DNA from: Kudoa neothunni
Taxonomy: Eukaryota; Animalia; Cnidaria
Length of the DNA: 64,000 bases
Assembly (NCBI GenBank): GCA_964304625.1
Contig: OZ199839.1
Span: 8,942,528 to 9,006,527 of the forward strand
Direction: 5' to 3'
The stretch's first letter is position 1. Each line of letters begins with the position of its first letter. The notes beneath the pieces are model-generated. The model was given only the letters and a program-made list of their open reading frames with translations. It had not been told where the DNA came from and made no database searches. The position numbers and the translations under genes are program-made. Shown in pieces: positions 14,072 through 27,061 of this stretch.

Positions 14072-17069
14072 TTAGTTGACTGCATTTTCGATAATTGGTG
14101 TTCTTGTTAACACTCCTACAAAGTCGACGCCTTTCTTATTGAACGAATTATAACTGGCATGATTACGTCTGTGTACAAAAACCATGCACACTAAAATGAG
14201 AACTCCTAGCAACATTGTGGCTAATTTAATTCCGACTAGTATCAAATGTCTGCAATGACGACCTATTTATTATCCTTTCTAAATTATTTCAGTAATGTAG
14301 ATACAGAATGTATGAGTTTTCTTTATTTTAATAGACGAATGAGTGCTATTTTTGTATACGCTGTATTCGATGTCCTTTTCACCCCCAAAACAAAAAACAT
14401 GCTGAATTGTACGTGGAATTTTCTATTCCTCGGTTTTGGTTATCCATCACAGACGTGTTTGCAGAATTTTTCTAAATGTTGTTCGGACTGTTACGCGTTC
14501 GATTCATCGTATACATCACAATAAATATATGATGACTTCATAAGATTTGAATATGTATAAACCAATAAAAAACAACCTTTTGATCACATTCCAGACTCTC
14601 GTAGCTGAAATCCCAATTCTCCAAGCCATTGAAGCAAACACCATACATTTCCATTATCTTAATAAATTATTTTCATAATAATATTTTATTATTAATAGAT
14701 ATATATATATATATATATATTATTACTTTTGCCGAATTACCAGGGATAAATTTTTCATCATAACATAGAGAATTTTTCAAAAATTTATTACTATGACATT
14801 TTTTTGAAACCACAATGTGTTTCGTGCACCATTCCTCTACTATTACAACAACCATAATTGTTGGGCTGACAGCACGAGGCAGGTAAACAGTTCATAATGA
14901 CGTGATTTTTATAGATTGGGAGTGAAAAATTTATCGTAGAGCTGTTATTCGTAGATCTTATTAAAGATTTTACTTATCAAAAACCTAAGAAGGAAATACT
15001 GAGGATCGTAACATCTGCATCCTCCGCAAACATAATCGCCCCTAAAATTGCAGATTTCGCAATTCCTAACCTATAGTGATATTTAGTTTATTTTTATGAC
15101 AAGGACAGTGAAATAATGTGTTACATAGGAATGATGGTTTTAACTTTCACAGTCACAATTACATATATCAGTACTTTGAGTCAATACCATATTCAATTCG
15201 GCACAAATAATATATGCGTATCTATTTATTTTTTCAATAATTTTGATTAAGTACATAAAAATGAGATCATATAATACTTGTTGGACTCACCTCTAGGGAG
15301 GCATTTCTTAGTGGAGATGGTATATTTATTGTATGACGATCTGAGTAGCAATTGATGTAGATATCATAGTTGATCCCATCAATTCCATTAATATTTTTTA
15401 TTTATTTTCAAAATCCGGAATTACACGCATTTTACGTCCGTATCGAATAAGAAAAACGCATCTGATAACGGTGCCATCATATAATATCGATTCACACTTA
15501 ACCAAGGTATTTAACGTTATCAACAATTACGCACGATTCATCCTATTCCAGTGAAGGAGAGTAGCTTTAAAATAGACTTGGTCTTTGACTGATTTGATTT
15601 CGTTATAAATAAGACCATTTTGTTTGATGAAATGCAGCTTAAGTATTTTATATATGATATAATCAATCGGCAATAATTGCATCAAAAATTTGTTTAACCA
15701 TTTCCACAGATTTACAAACTTTGATATCTATTCTCTCATTCAGCAACAATGAAGTAAGTTTATCGGCACTAATATAATACTATCAATAAATGTTAATAAT
15801 TAATGTACACCATGTTATCTCGATTCAAATTTGACGTTTTATACCTGAAGTTTTATAGCCGGTATTTTTTATAAATTCCTGTATTCGTTGTGTTAATTTT
15901 TATTGATCAATTAAAACAACAACGTTATTGATTAATCTATACTGGTGCAGTACCAAAAGTTATGAGAGGAATCTTATCGGTTACTAGATAAATATGTTTA
16001 TCAATTTGTTCTTGCTTGGACCATCCAATATAATAATAATTTGTTATATTTTTTAATTAATAGACTAAAATATTTAATGTTAGTTCATCATATAGTATGG
16101 TTTGAAGGATCGATTCAAAAACAAGGTGTTTAACATTTGGTTGATTTCTGATTGGGATGATGCTATCTAGCGCTCGTGCCTACAAATTAATTTCATTTTA
16201 TTCGCACTATAATATACAACCTATCTAACACACAATCAAATTTTTGTTGTTTTTAATTGATTGGAGATAATGAAAAACTGAAGTTCTGAATAATATCGGT
16301 TAAATTATTAATATTATTTAATGAATGATATACTTAGTGTTAGCGTCAGATGGATTATTTTCGATTGAACCAACTACAAATTTGTTCAAAGCGCTAGATT
16401 CAATTAATGCTTTGGCTTCAAATTTAAGTTTTTATAAATCTATTAATTTTTTACTACCGTATGAAATTAAAAGAGTACGGACATAATTTAACGTCTCTCG
16501 TTTTACAAAATTTTTATCTATAATAATGCAAACTTCAGTCGGTATCTGGGTCTTAGAGATTCGAAATTTGATTGATTTATCTGATACTGTGTAGAGTTTA
16601 TGATCATTTCATAACTATTTATGTGGCTACTTTTGTTAGGTTCTCCAAAGTAGTCATATTACGAGAGGGATTCAAAATTGGATCATTGGGTCTGTCGGAT
16701 GGGATAAATGAGAAATACTACAAGGAGTTAGTTTATAAATGGGCTAATAAACCTCAATATCCTTGTCATGTTCTAAGGAGCTTGAATAATTTGTTCCAAT
16801 GTCACGGCATTCATTTCCAATGAGCAAATATTATTAATTAGAATTAGAGAGGACTTTATGAATTTGAATACCCCATCGACGTCCCAAGTCTTTCGCTTGT
16901 CAAACAGGCACTCCGTACATTTTTCTGTATTATTAAACGTGTCACCACCTTATAACTAATTTTAACCATATTTCGATTAAAGACTTTTAGCTAAGTTAAA
17001 ACCCACTAAAACGATAAACCAAAGTAAGACTATTATGTAAATTTTAATTCTTTCAAGAGCTGAAGTCAT
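14072..17069 (-). pseudogene. Divergent integrin beta-like subunit, paralogue 2; probable pseudogene (or assembly errors)
   Basis: Same exon layout: signal ...IYIIVLLWFIVLVG, PSI CTECLFDKRKTW, betaI CIIIDKNFV, I-EGF CEICNFRGDYVCGGCRC, SCCQPNNYGCC, TM ILVGIKLATMLLGVLILVCMVFV, tail ending TAA at 14072. Lesions: intron-2 acceptor reads AA instead of AG (~16831) and a +1 frameshift in the T7 run at 14799-14805. Confidence 0.75.
14699..14720. repeat. (AT)n microsatellite in an intron of integrin paralogue 2
   Basis: About 11 AT units read directly. Confidence 0.9.
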
Positions 17070-19555
17070 TAATTCGCCAATCGAACCAAATAGGACTATC
17101 TAATCTAGTTATTTGGTCCTCGTTGTAGCCGAAATTCATCGTTACTTCAAAAAGGATTGTCCATATAGTGTTTATTTATCTTAGTAGGTAAAATTTAATT
17201 TTTTAAATATGCTACTTCAATTAATACTCATTTATTCATCATTAATTGGGATCAATAATAAAATTTTTGTAAAATAATAAATTAACTAAGGTTTCAATAA
17301 TTAATACCATTAGAAGAATATTGGAAATGATCTTCAAATTTAATATCTTTAATTAAATTTGTAATATTAATTTACAATTTTTTAATTGTAAGCGAAAAAA
17401 CTAATATTTAATATTTACATTAATCGGAAATAATCCCTCTTTTGCATAAGTACATTTTTACTTAGAAGTATTTTTACGCTTTTTATCATAAGTTAGTTGT
17501 TATACAATATAGAAAAGGACAACCATGTTTATTAGTCAGCTTTAGTGGAATTTGGGCAGAATATTTTTAATTTAAATTCGATTATATTTATATTAATTTT
17601 TAAGAAAATGTTTTGATTGCGACGAAACAGGTTTTATCGGTAGAGCGAGATTTTTCGATTAAATTTTTTTTATAAATTTAATATTTGTCAGAAAACAAAA
17701 TCTTATTAAAAATCAAAATCAATTTCCAGATCATCAATAAAACAATAAGTATAGAAAACACAATTACAAAGTGTGTTATGAAATTATTTAATATTAATAA
17801 TCTGAAAATATAAATAAAATTTGAAATTTTTATATATCTATCTTTATTTGTTTAATCGATATTAACATATTTGTTTCTTCAAAAATTTAACTTTAAATTA
17901 TTAATTATATTATTTAGCAGCTCATTACATAAATTTGAGTATCTTTAACTCAATTATGTAAATAAATACAAAAGATATCGCCTCATTAGGATTACCATTG
18001 TTATCTTACGTAAAAAGATGGCGTCAAATTTTATTGCGATATTCATATTTGTATAGTTAATTTATTCAAACGAACCGATAAAATTACCTTGGTTATCATT
18101 AATTTAACTTTATGATAGTTCAAAATCATTTGAAATTGTAACAACTATCTTTATATTTAAGCTTTTGCCGAACGGTTTACCTTTAGGGTGTTAAGAATTA
18201 CCTGTTCTATGTTTTATTGGTCGATCTTATAAATGTGTTTAATGACAAATAAACACTTATACTATAACTATAATGCCTTATAACATATTTTATGCAATTT
18301 ATTATACAATTTAAATTCTTTAACTAAAATTAATCGAATTTTTTTTATTATAATGTTTTAAAAAACATAAAAATTGGTTCTTGATTGAAATTGGGAAATA
18401 AACGGATTAAAACGATATGTATAGAATTTTGATGTAACTGCAACTTATATTTAAATAGTTCAAATAAATTTAAACATGTCTTTCTGTAACATTATAAAGT
18501 TCCTTAGATCAGAAAAAAAAATCAAAAATTTAAATCGGTATAAAATTAATTTTAATTATTTTTGCCTATATTTCATCAAAATAAATGCTAGAATGTTTGT
18601 AGTTCTTATAAACTGACACTAGGATAATCTAAGATTAAAATATTTTTCCAATTAATACTAATTATTTATCTATATTCGTTCAAATAGCTAAAAACTATGG
18701 AGTTTTTTTATAATTTATCCAAAAATACGAAAATACTTCGTAATGATGTAACTCAAGTTAAATAATCATTAGCGTTAATAAATATTGATGACACGAATAA
18801 ACGATGAATTCAACATGAAACATTATACTTTTGAAACAGAATATAAAAACGCAAGTTCGAGGAATATCAACCATAAACGATTTAATTTATACTCAAAGTA
18901 GTGTAAAATTTAGAAAAAAAAATTTAACATGTTTGTGTACAAATAAATGCTGATTCAACGTACCAATGTTCCAAAACAATAATCTTAATGTTTGAAAGAT
19001 TAATAAATAAGAATAAATATTATAATATCAGAGAATTTATTAAATTTTTTATAGTAAAATATAAAATATTTTTAGATAATATTTACAACAGTAATTTTCA
19101 GGTGTGTTAATTCTTAAAAAGTAAAATAATATAAATTTTAATTAATTAATCTTTTTAACTAATTAGCTATTTATTATATAGTTTTATATAATAATTCAAC
19201 GCGAACTCCGTATATTACATAACTTACTTAAATCATATAGATAATAAACAGTTAAGTCTCAAATTTAGTAAAAATATTGAGTTCCTGCAATAAATTTTAA
19301 ATAAACAATTCTATTTTAAGTTTACAATACAAAAGTATTAGTGTTTATGTATAAGTAAGAATGATTATAACACAAGTACAACTATAATTAAATTTTATTC
19401 GTAAATACTAACTAGTAATATAAATAATATTAATTCTTAAGTTGTCTCTATTTACATTTAATTTTATTTATTTTTCTGTAAGAAATGAATAGAATTTTTA
19501 CAATAAAATATAAAAAATGAATCTAAAAGTAATGAAACAATCTCTAATATATCTG

Positions 19556-22500
19556 TTACAGATCATAAGTTGTATCTTGGGATGTTTTCTTCCTAATGCC
19601 AATACCTATTACAACTAGCAATGCTGTCACTATAGGTAACATGGCATATAAGCTAAAAAATATTATTAAATTGCCACACGCAATATTTACATGTAGCTAT
19701 TGAGTGATCTATAAAGAGTTAAGATTTGTAGACAATAACGAATTTACGAATTCCGACTCTCTGCTATGGCATGCTCATGCTGTTCTTTGCTATCTAATTA
19801 TTTTTTATAACCAATGTTACCACAAAGAATAATAAATACTAAATAAAATTTATTATATATAATAAAATAGATTTAGATACCCCATTTCAACCTTCTTTAT
19901 CACTTTCTGAATTATATCATCTATATTAATGTCGGAATATTCACTCCTTATCTTTTCCTCTTCTATTATTATTTTGTTAAAATTTATATAACATATGAAG
20001 TTACTAGAAAAAAATTATTAAAAATACAATAATATATATTGTTCACCTTAAAGCTTTCATAATTCTTGCATCTATCGGTATAAACATTTAAATATTATTA
20101 TCATCTATAATAAAAAATACAAAAGTTAATTACAAGGAATATCATGCTTTTGGTAAAGTGAAATATCCTTGACTTTCACATTCAATATGTAATTATGTTC
20201 CTTCGATAGCCCATTCATATCGATAACGCACTTATTTGCAGAACAAGCCTCATCATCATTACACCAAACAATTATTGGTTGCTTTTCCTCAATTTCCGTT
20301 TTTTTATGTAGCATAAATGGACATATAGAATTATCATTGATTCCGTTAACATTAACTTTAATCTTTAAGTCGCATCCTTCGTTAAAACTATATGTAATCG
20401 TTGATTCAACATTTTCTAAGTAAAAATTAGCTAAATAAATAACTATAAATACTTCTTGTGATTGTATGGGTTTTTGGATTCTGACCATCTCTCGGTTCAA
20501 CGGTTACTTCGTAGGTTTGTCCTAATTCAAGGTTATTTATCTTGAATTCACTGTCGCATCTATTTTCGCAAATTCCTATTCTATCACATGTGGCCATATA
20601 TTTTGGATCGGTGGGATCATTTTTCTTTATATAAATTCTACAAATTGGCGAGGAAGCGTGAACAACGAATGGTGTTAATATAGCCATTCCTAAATCCATT
20701 TTAATTTCTGCTTCAGATGCAGTTAATTCTGATCCTCCAGCTAAATTACATTCAAAGATATTATAATTTTGTTCATATTTACATGTTCTAAATTTAATTT
20801 TCCTCATATATTCTCCTGTAAATCCCAAATTTGTAATTGTAACTGAAATTATGTAACTTGTTCCCGGATTCAAAGCCGTAATGGTGTATGACGTATCACA
20901 ACCAGTGCCGCAATCACTGTTTGAGCATTGAGCCAGCTTCTTTGGTGAAATTTTATTTTCCATCGTAACATAAATAGTACAAGTAGGAGTTAAATCTGTT
21001 GTTTTAATATTTTCATAAGTTTTCAGCCCCGTGAGTGTTACGCTCGTGGTAGAAATCCCATCCAATAAAAACCCAGTGTCACCCTCTAAATCGAATTAAC
21101 TTAGAAAATAATTCTAAGTCACTTTTGAAGTATTCTTTAAACCCTTCTGTATCAAACCGTCGTTTAACGATGACCCCAATTTTATTATATGTCTTTGTCA
21201 AACTAATCACTCCATCCTGGCAAAGTTGATAGCAACCACTCAAGTTAATTCCACATTCATTCAAAATTTTGTTTTCATTGTCTGAATTATTTTCATCAAT
21301 TTCAAAAACTTTGATATGACACAGTTCATAATTATAAGGACCGGGAGAGAATGTTATATTAATTTTCATATTATCACCGTCAACATCTGAAATTGAATAA
21401 ATAATTTTGGATTTCATTGGGATCGTTGTATTCAAAAACGTGCTATTCGTATAATAAATCAATCCCGGCCACAAAAGTTTGGAATCAATTGTATAAAAGC
21501 TCATAAATCTATCGATTGAAAATAGCCCCCATTTTTGTTGTGGTTCGTGAGAATAATTTAATTGATTCAACTTTTCTTTTTCTGAATCACAAAAAGAATC
21601 ATTGGCGTCATCTACTGTCACAATCCAATCTGTTGTCGAAGTGGTTTGGTAAGACAATTTTATTTTTCCGTCATCAATATCATATTCTAATTTAAATGTA
21701 TTTTTCTGCAGGTTATCTTGAAATATTAATTAGTTAATAACATAAGTTTAAATAAAGATAAATTAAGATATTTAAAATACCCATTTTTATGGCATACACA
21801 GAAGCTGCTCTACAACTTTTTGCTTCAGTATTGTCTAAACCATAGCATATTGAAATGTAACGATCAACTTTCGGATTTAAATGTCCAACTTCAAATTCAT
21901 TTGTATTACAATTTATTATACAATCGCTTCCGCCTGTGTTGGACGTACATGTCGGCTTGAAAAAAGTTGGAGTGGGTTCGAAATTTAATATTTTAATAAC
22001 ACATTCATAATTATTTGAAAACTCTGATAATCCTATAGAAAATTTTTCCATTTGATCGCCGACAGCTGCTTTAAACTTTTGTTTAAGTTTTCCCATCCTT
22101 GAAAATGCTACACAAATATACAAAACTTAAATCATTGTCAAATAACCTGGTATAACAAGCTTAAATGGTGCTGATTTTTCTTTTGCGTATATCATTAATC
22201 GGTAATTATTCTTATGATTATATACCGTATAATCAAACTGTATATCATTACACTTCTTAAGTTCATTCGTTGATGTGCATCCAATACATGACTGCGATAT
22301 AGTTGTTGGTGAAGCTGAATTATTTTTATTATTAGATTAATCCATAATGATTACTAGCATCTGATTCGTGCTTATACAATTGGTAGAAACAGTCTGGAAT
22401 ACTGGAGCTATCAATAACATTCTTCGGTACGACTTTGAGGATATTTTTTTTAGATTCACTGGATATCTTAAATTCAATAGAACTTCCCGCTAATTTATAT

Positions 22501-25500
22501 TATATAGACACAAACAACTTTAATTTTACTTGTTTGTTGACTTTTAATGATACTTATATTATAATTTCCACTAGGTATAATCTTTATATCGTAGCTGGTA
22601 TCAGAATAGAGCCCCCCAATAATAAACTCTGTGCTGCATTTATCAACACATAACTTGTTTTGTGAGCAAGTAGCAGGATAATAATATGATGCAGTTTTCT
22701 CTTTGATATAGATAATACATGTGTGCTTTTTTGCTCCCGTATTTGGTGTGAGCGTGAATCCGTTTGCATTAGTGGTAGCAGTTCCGGTAGTAGCTTTATT
22801 CAGAATACCTTGTTGATCTGATAAAAAGAGAATTATTTGTTATAATATAATCAAAATCATACGAGTTTTATGGAAAAAATATTTCCTTGGTGTATAGTTA
22901 GGAATATTTTCTATTATTACCATAATATCATTTGGCAGAATAGCTTCAAGTGGTGATATTTTCAATTCTCCGAAACTACACGCTGGATCAGGGACAGTTT
23001 TCCTATCTGCTTCGCTAACTAGAGGAGCATACGTGTTCCAATACTTTAATGTACATGGCACTGATGCGGAATTGGTCAATTGTTGACCATCCTCATTCTT
23101 ATTATTACGACTAATATCAATTTTTATCTTATTATCTGAAGTCGTGGCTGGCACGTCGCTTCCATGTTTTACTAAATTTAATATAATCTAGGTACGCAAT
23201 AAAAATATTTACATAAATAGACGTTGTTTTGGTAGGCAATAACAGGAGGCATTCCTAGCTTTAGGACTCGTATTTTTACAGTCTTTATTTCTGTTGAAAG
23301 ATTTTCAAAAAGCATATTACTGCACAAGCCATAATAACAATTTTCATTGTTTTTACAATCACTCGAAAAATATTGGCGTGATGATGAGGTCGTCGCGTCA
23401 ATCCATTCAAATGTGCATATTTCAGATGGTTCTTTATTAACTAATTTTACTTCAAACTGTTTGTTGCCGTCGTTAACATCCAATTCATAGTAAAAACGAT
23501 TAAATATTGGAGCGTTATTTTTCACAAAACTATTATCGTAATAATAATGGAAATCAAAATGTTTAGGGCAGCTAATATAATAATCCTCAACAAACTCTGT
23601 GAATGGTATTGAGTAGCTTCTAAAGTTACTCGAAGTGATAGATGATTGCGTTTCTCTGATAGTTGTATCATTATCATCATCTTTATACGCGGAACAGCTT
23701 AATGAACTTTTATTTAATCCTAACTTTATTTTTCCTCCATCTAGTGATGCAGTATATGTTATCTCCTCGTAATCATCTTATAAAATAATTATAGTAGTTC
23801 ATTAATTATTGTTTACCTTTATAAATTGAATAAACGTGCCCTTTCAAATAACTAATTATTTTAGGTGGATTTGTGGTCGATGCCTTTTCAGGTTCTTTTC
23901 CTGTTGGCAACTTTCCATTTTCCCCAACTTTTTTTTTTTCTTCTTCTTCCTCTCCTTCTCCTATTTTTTTCTGTTCGTAAGTCGGTGCTTTTGAGTAGCT
24001 TTTTTCAATTATACTTCTTTCAGAAATTACTGGAAGACTCTTAACGCCTTGAAACAAAATCGATTTAGAAATAATATTATTACTAATTCGTGATTGCGCA
24101 GGTGGTGTCAATTCTTTTTTAGTTTCAGTGTATGTGACGGAAACATAATTCGGTTTATTAGAAATATCAATATTAATAACTTCTTCTGGTGTAAGGTCGT
24201 TGCAACTTTTTTTGATTTCTTCGTTTCCGCGAGCATTCTCATAGCCTGTTAAGTCTGACTTCGATTTTTTGACAGTGCATTCTTTACTGTCTACATCTGT
24301 TAGGATTCCATTAAATTTTATTCTATATTTATTATCGGATGTGTCAAGTCGTAGAATCATTGGACCAGTATCTCTCTCCTTTTCACCTATAAAAAATCAA
24401 GCTCTATTTCAATACGAAAATACTTTTTATTTCAATATTTTGTGGCTTTGTATTATCTTTATTAAACATAACTATGGTGTATGTAAGATCTGGATTAAGA
24501 GTATCCCATTGAAAACTTAACATGTTAGATGATACCTTGGGGGCGCACATGGAGTTCAAGCAATCAATAACCGTTATTCCCGATATTGTTTCTGTTAGTA
24601 AATATATCCAATCAGCTTCACTTATTCCCATAGGCGGATTTATAGTAATTTTAGTTGCTTTGTCTGAGCCAGCATTACTATATGTAAATGTTGGTGTTTC
24701 TTCAATTTCTATTAAAAATATTTAATATTTATCTAAATTTTATACCAGGGGTCATTAACCTTTTTGGGCGACGGGCCGGACATACATGCCCTAACTCCAA
24801 TGCAAGCAGTATTAAAATTAATCTTTAAAAATTTGAATTATTCTTAATCCAAGTTTTTTATTTTAATACATAAATAAGAATTTATATAATTCTTTTAGAA
24901 TATAAAGTTAAGTCCAATCAAAAGTATTATATTCTGATAATTTTCACTCCCAATGAAATCAACTTGGGAAACAACGATTATATGACGACGCCAAATAATA
25001 TGAGATGTATTTATATTACCTTTAAAAATATGTCGTACTCTTATAAGAATAATTCAAACGTTATTTTAACAGTCATATTTATTCCGATTTTCTGATTTAA
25101 TAAAAATGAATTTTAATCGGCTAGAATGTTTATGTCGACAACATATTGACATTTTGTAAACCGATAAACAAAAACTCAAAAATCATTTAATTACTTTAGA
25201 TATTAAAAATAATGTTATGCTAGCTAATGCATGGCGTGTAGGGTAGAGATAACTGACGGGTCAGATTAAACGAGCGGGCCGTAGGTTTCCAACCCTTGCT
25301 ATATACATTACTTGTTGTTTTAACGGTAGTTTCAAAGCATGTGTATCCCACGGAACAAACAGTGATTTTATAGTTGGTATCAGGATCAAGGTTCACAACT
25401 TTGAAAGTGTCACTGCACGTATCTGAACAAAATTTTTTTCTGCCGTCTTTTTCACACGTGGCAGGAAGTTTCGAGGGCTCATGTCCTACCGTCGAATAAT

Positions 25501-27061
25501 ATAGTTGGCATATAGCATTTGTATTAGTCCCATCAGCAAAACTAATTGATGGAGCAACAGATAATTGTGTATGTTTATTTGATACAGTAGTTACGGTAAT
25601 AGCCTTAGTACCTGTGAATTCTTTTCCTACTCAAATATATAAAATTATCATGAATCATTCGTAGATACCTTTTGTTTTGAAATAAAAATATCTATGATAA
25701 TACTTAACTTCAGAGGAATCCACAGTTGTTAATCCAGATATTTTAACTCTAAGAACGTATTCTGTTAGGTCGTTTAATGAGGTAATAGTTTTTGAGCCAA
25801 AATTAGTAAGTCCTTCACTACACGTAGCGACTTTCCAAGTAGAACCAATTCCATGAAATTTCTTAATAATTTTGATTTCTGTAATTTGTGAACTATTTTG
25901 GCTGCTGGTGTCATCTTCATTCTTATTAAAATTTGTTAAATCAACAGTTGCTTGGTTATTCGTGACAGTTGCAGAGGGTTGAGCAGTTCCAACTAATTTT
26001 GTATTAAAGAATTTATATGTATAAAATAGTTACATGTAGCAGTTTGAATAAATTCTTTTGATGTTGGATTGTCATAAGACTTAACCATTACTTGTGCAAA
26101 TTTTAAATCTTTCCAGTATTTTAATGTTGCTTTATAGCATGGTTGAAGGCATGGCCCAGCTTTATTTATTTTAGAGCAGGAAGAGGAAAATAGCGAGTCA
26201 TCCATGTGTTTGATTCCAAAATAACAAATTTTCGAAGGTGATGGGTTTTGAAGAGTTATAGTATAATAATTCTGATCAGACGGCTGGTGCTTGGATCCAG
26301 TTGAAATAAACCAGTCTTCAATTGGCTTAAGGGGGTTTAATTGAATTTCGGGTAAATTATTTTTAAATTCGATGACGTATCTTGAATTATATGATTTTGC
26401 GTGCATTTTTATAGTTTGTTCTTCGTAAAACCCGCCAGACGCAGAAACTTGATCTTCTTGTGTTCCATCAAGTTTTGAAGTAAAGTCACCATTTTTTTTA
26501 CTTTTAACTGCAACAGTAAATTCATCCATTTGTTTAGTTGCGTTTATATAACTTTTTAAGTATATGTCTATTGAAATATAAAATCTGTTCTAAATTTCTC
26601 AAATACCTCTAACTGAAAAAGATCTTTTGATAACGCATTTCATAGCATCCACGTCATTTTTCCCTTGGCACCATTTTAAATATTTGACTTTTTTGAAATC
26701 TGTCGGACCAAATTTCAGTGTGACTTTTTTACAGCCATAAACACACATATTGGCTTCCCCATCTTCAGTTGCGCTGGTTATATCATTGACACAACTAGGA
26801 ATTTTCATAAGTGTGTTTACGGAGTTATCATAATATTGAAGGACACATTTTCGGTGGCTATTCTCGATATTATACCCAGAGAGTGAAATATGGTATTTAT
26901 TATCATTGTTTGAAAATTTTAATTCCATTATATTATTATCAATATCATTTGTGAAGTCATAATGTGACTGGAAAACTAAAAGAAATTCAGAAGAATAATT
27001 ATTGGGGGAGATTACCTGAGAAAACAAAGAGACATAAGATACCAGAATACCTCTGTCTCAT
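19556..27061 (-). CDS. Large type-I membrane protein of ~15 Cys-containing FN3-like modules (CysFN3-A), unknown family
   Basis: ATG 27061, signal MRQRYSGILCLFVFS|VFQSH. Modules joined mostly by phase-1 short introns. Recurrent C-x(12-20)-C-x(4-15)-C-x3-C followed by FN3-type strands (VVNLDPDTNYKITV, IGGLYSDTSYDIKI, ITALNPGTSYIISV, INNLELGQTYEVTV). C-terminal TM LYAMLPIVTALLVVIGIGI, tail RKKTSQDTTYDL*. Confidence 0.8.
24746..25298. mobile_element. hAT-family MITE inserted in an intron of CysFN3-A
   Basis: Ends CAGGGGTCATTAACC ... GGTTTCCAACCCTTG, subterminal CGGGCCG motifs, imperfect 8-bp TSD (TTTTATAC / CTATATAC). Removing it leaves a ~42-nt intron (intron 25311-24709). Confidence 0.8.
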
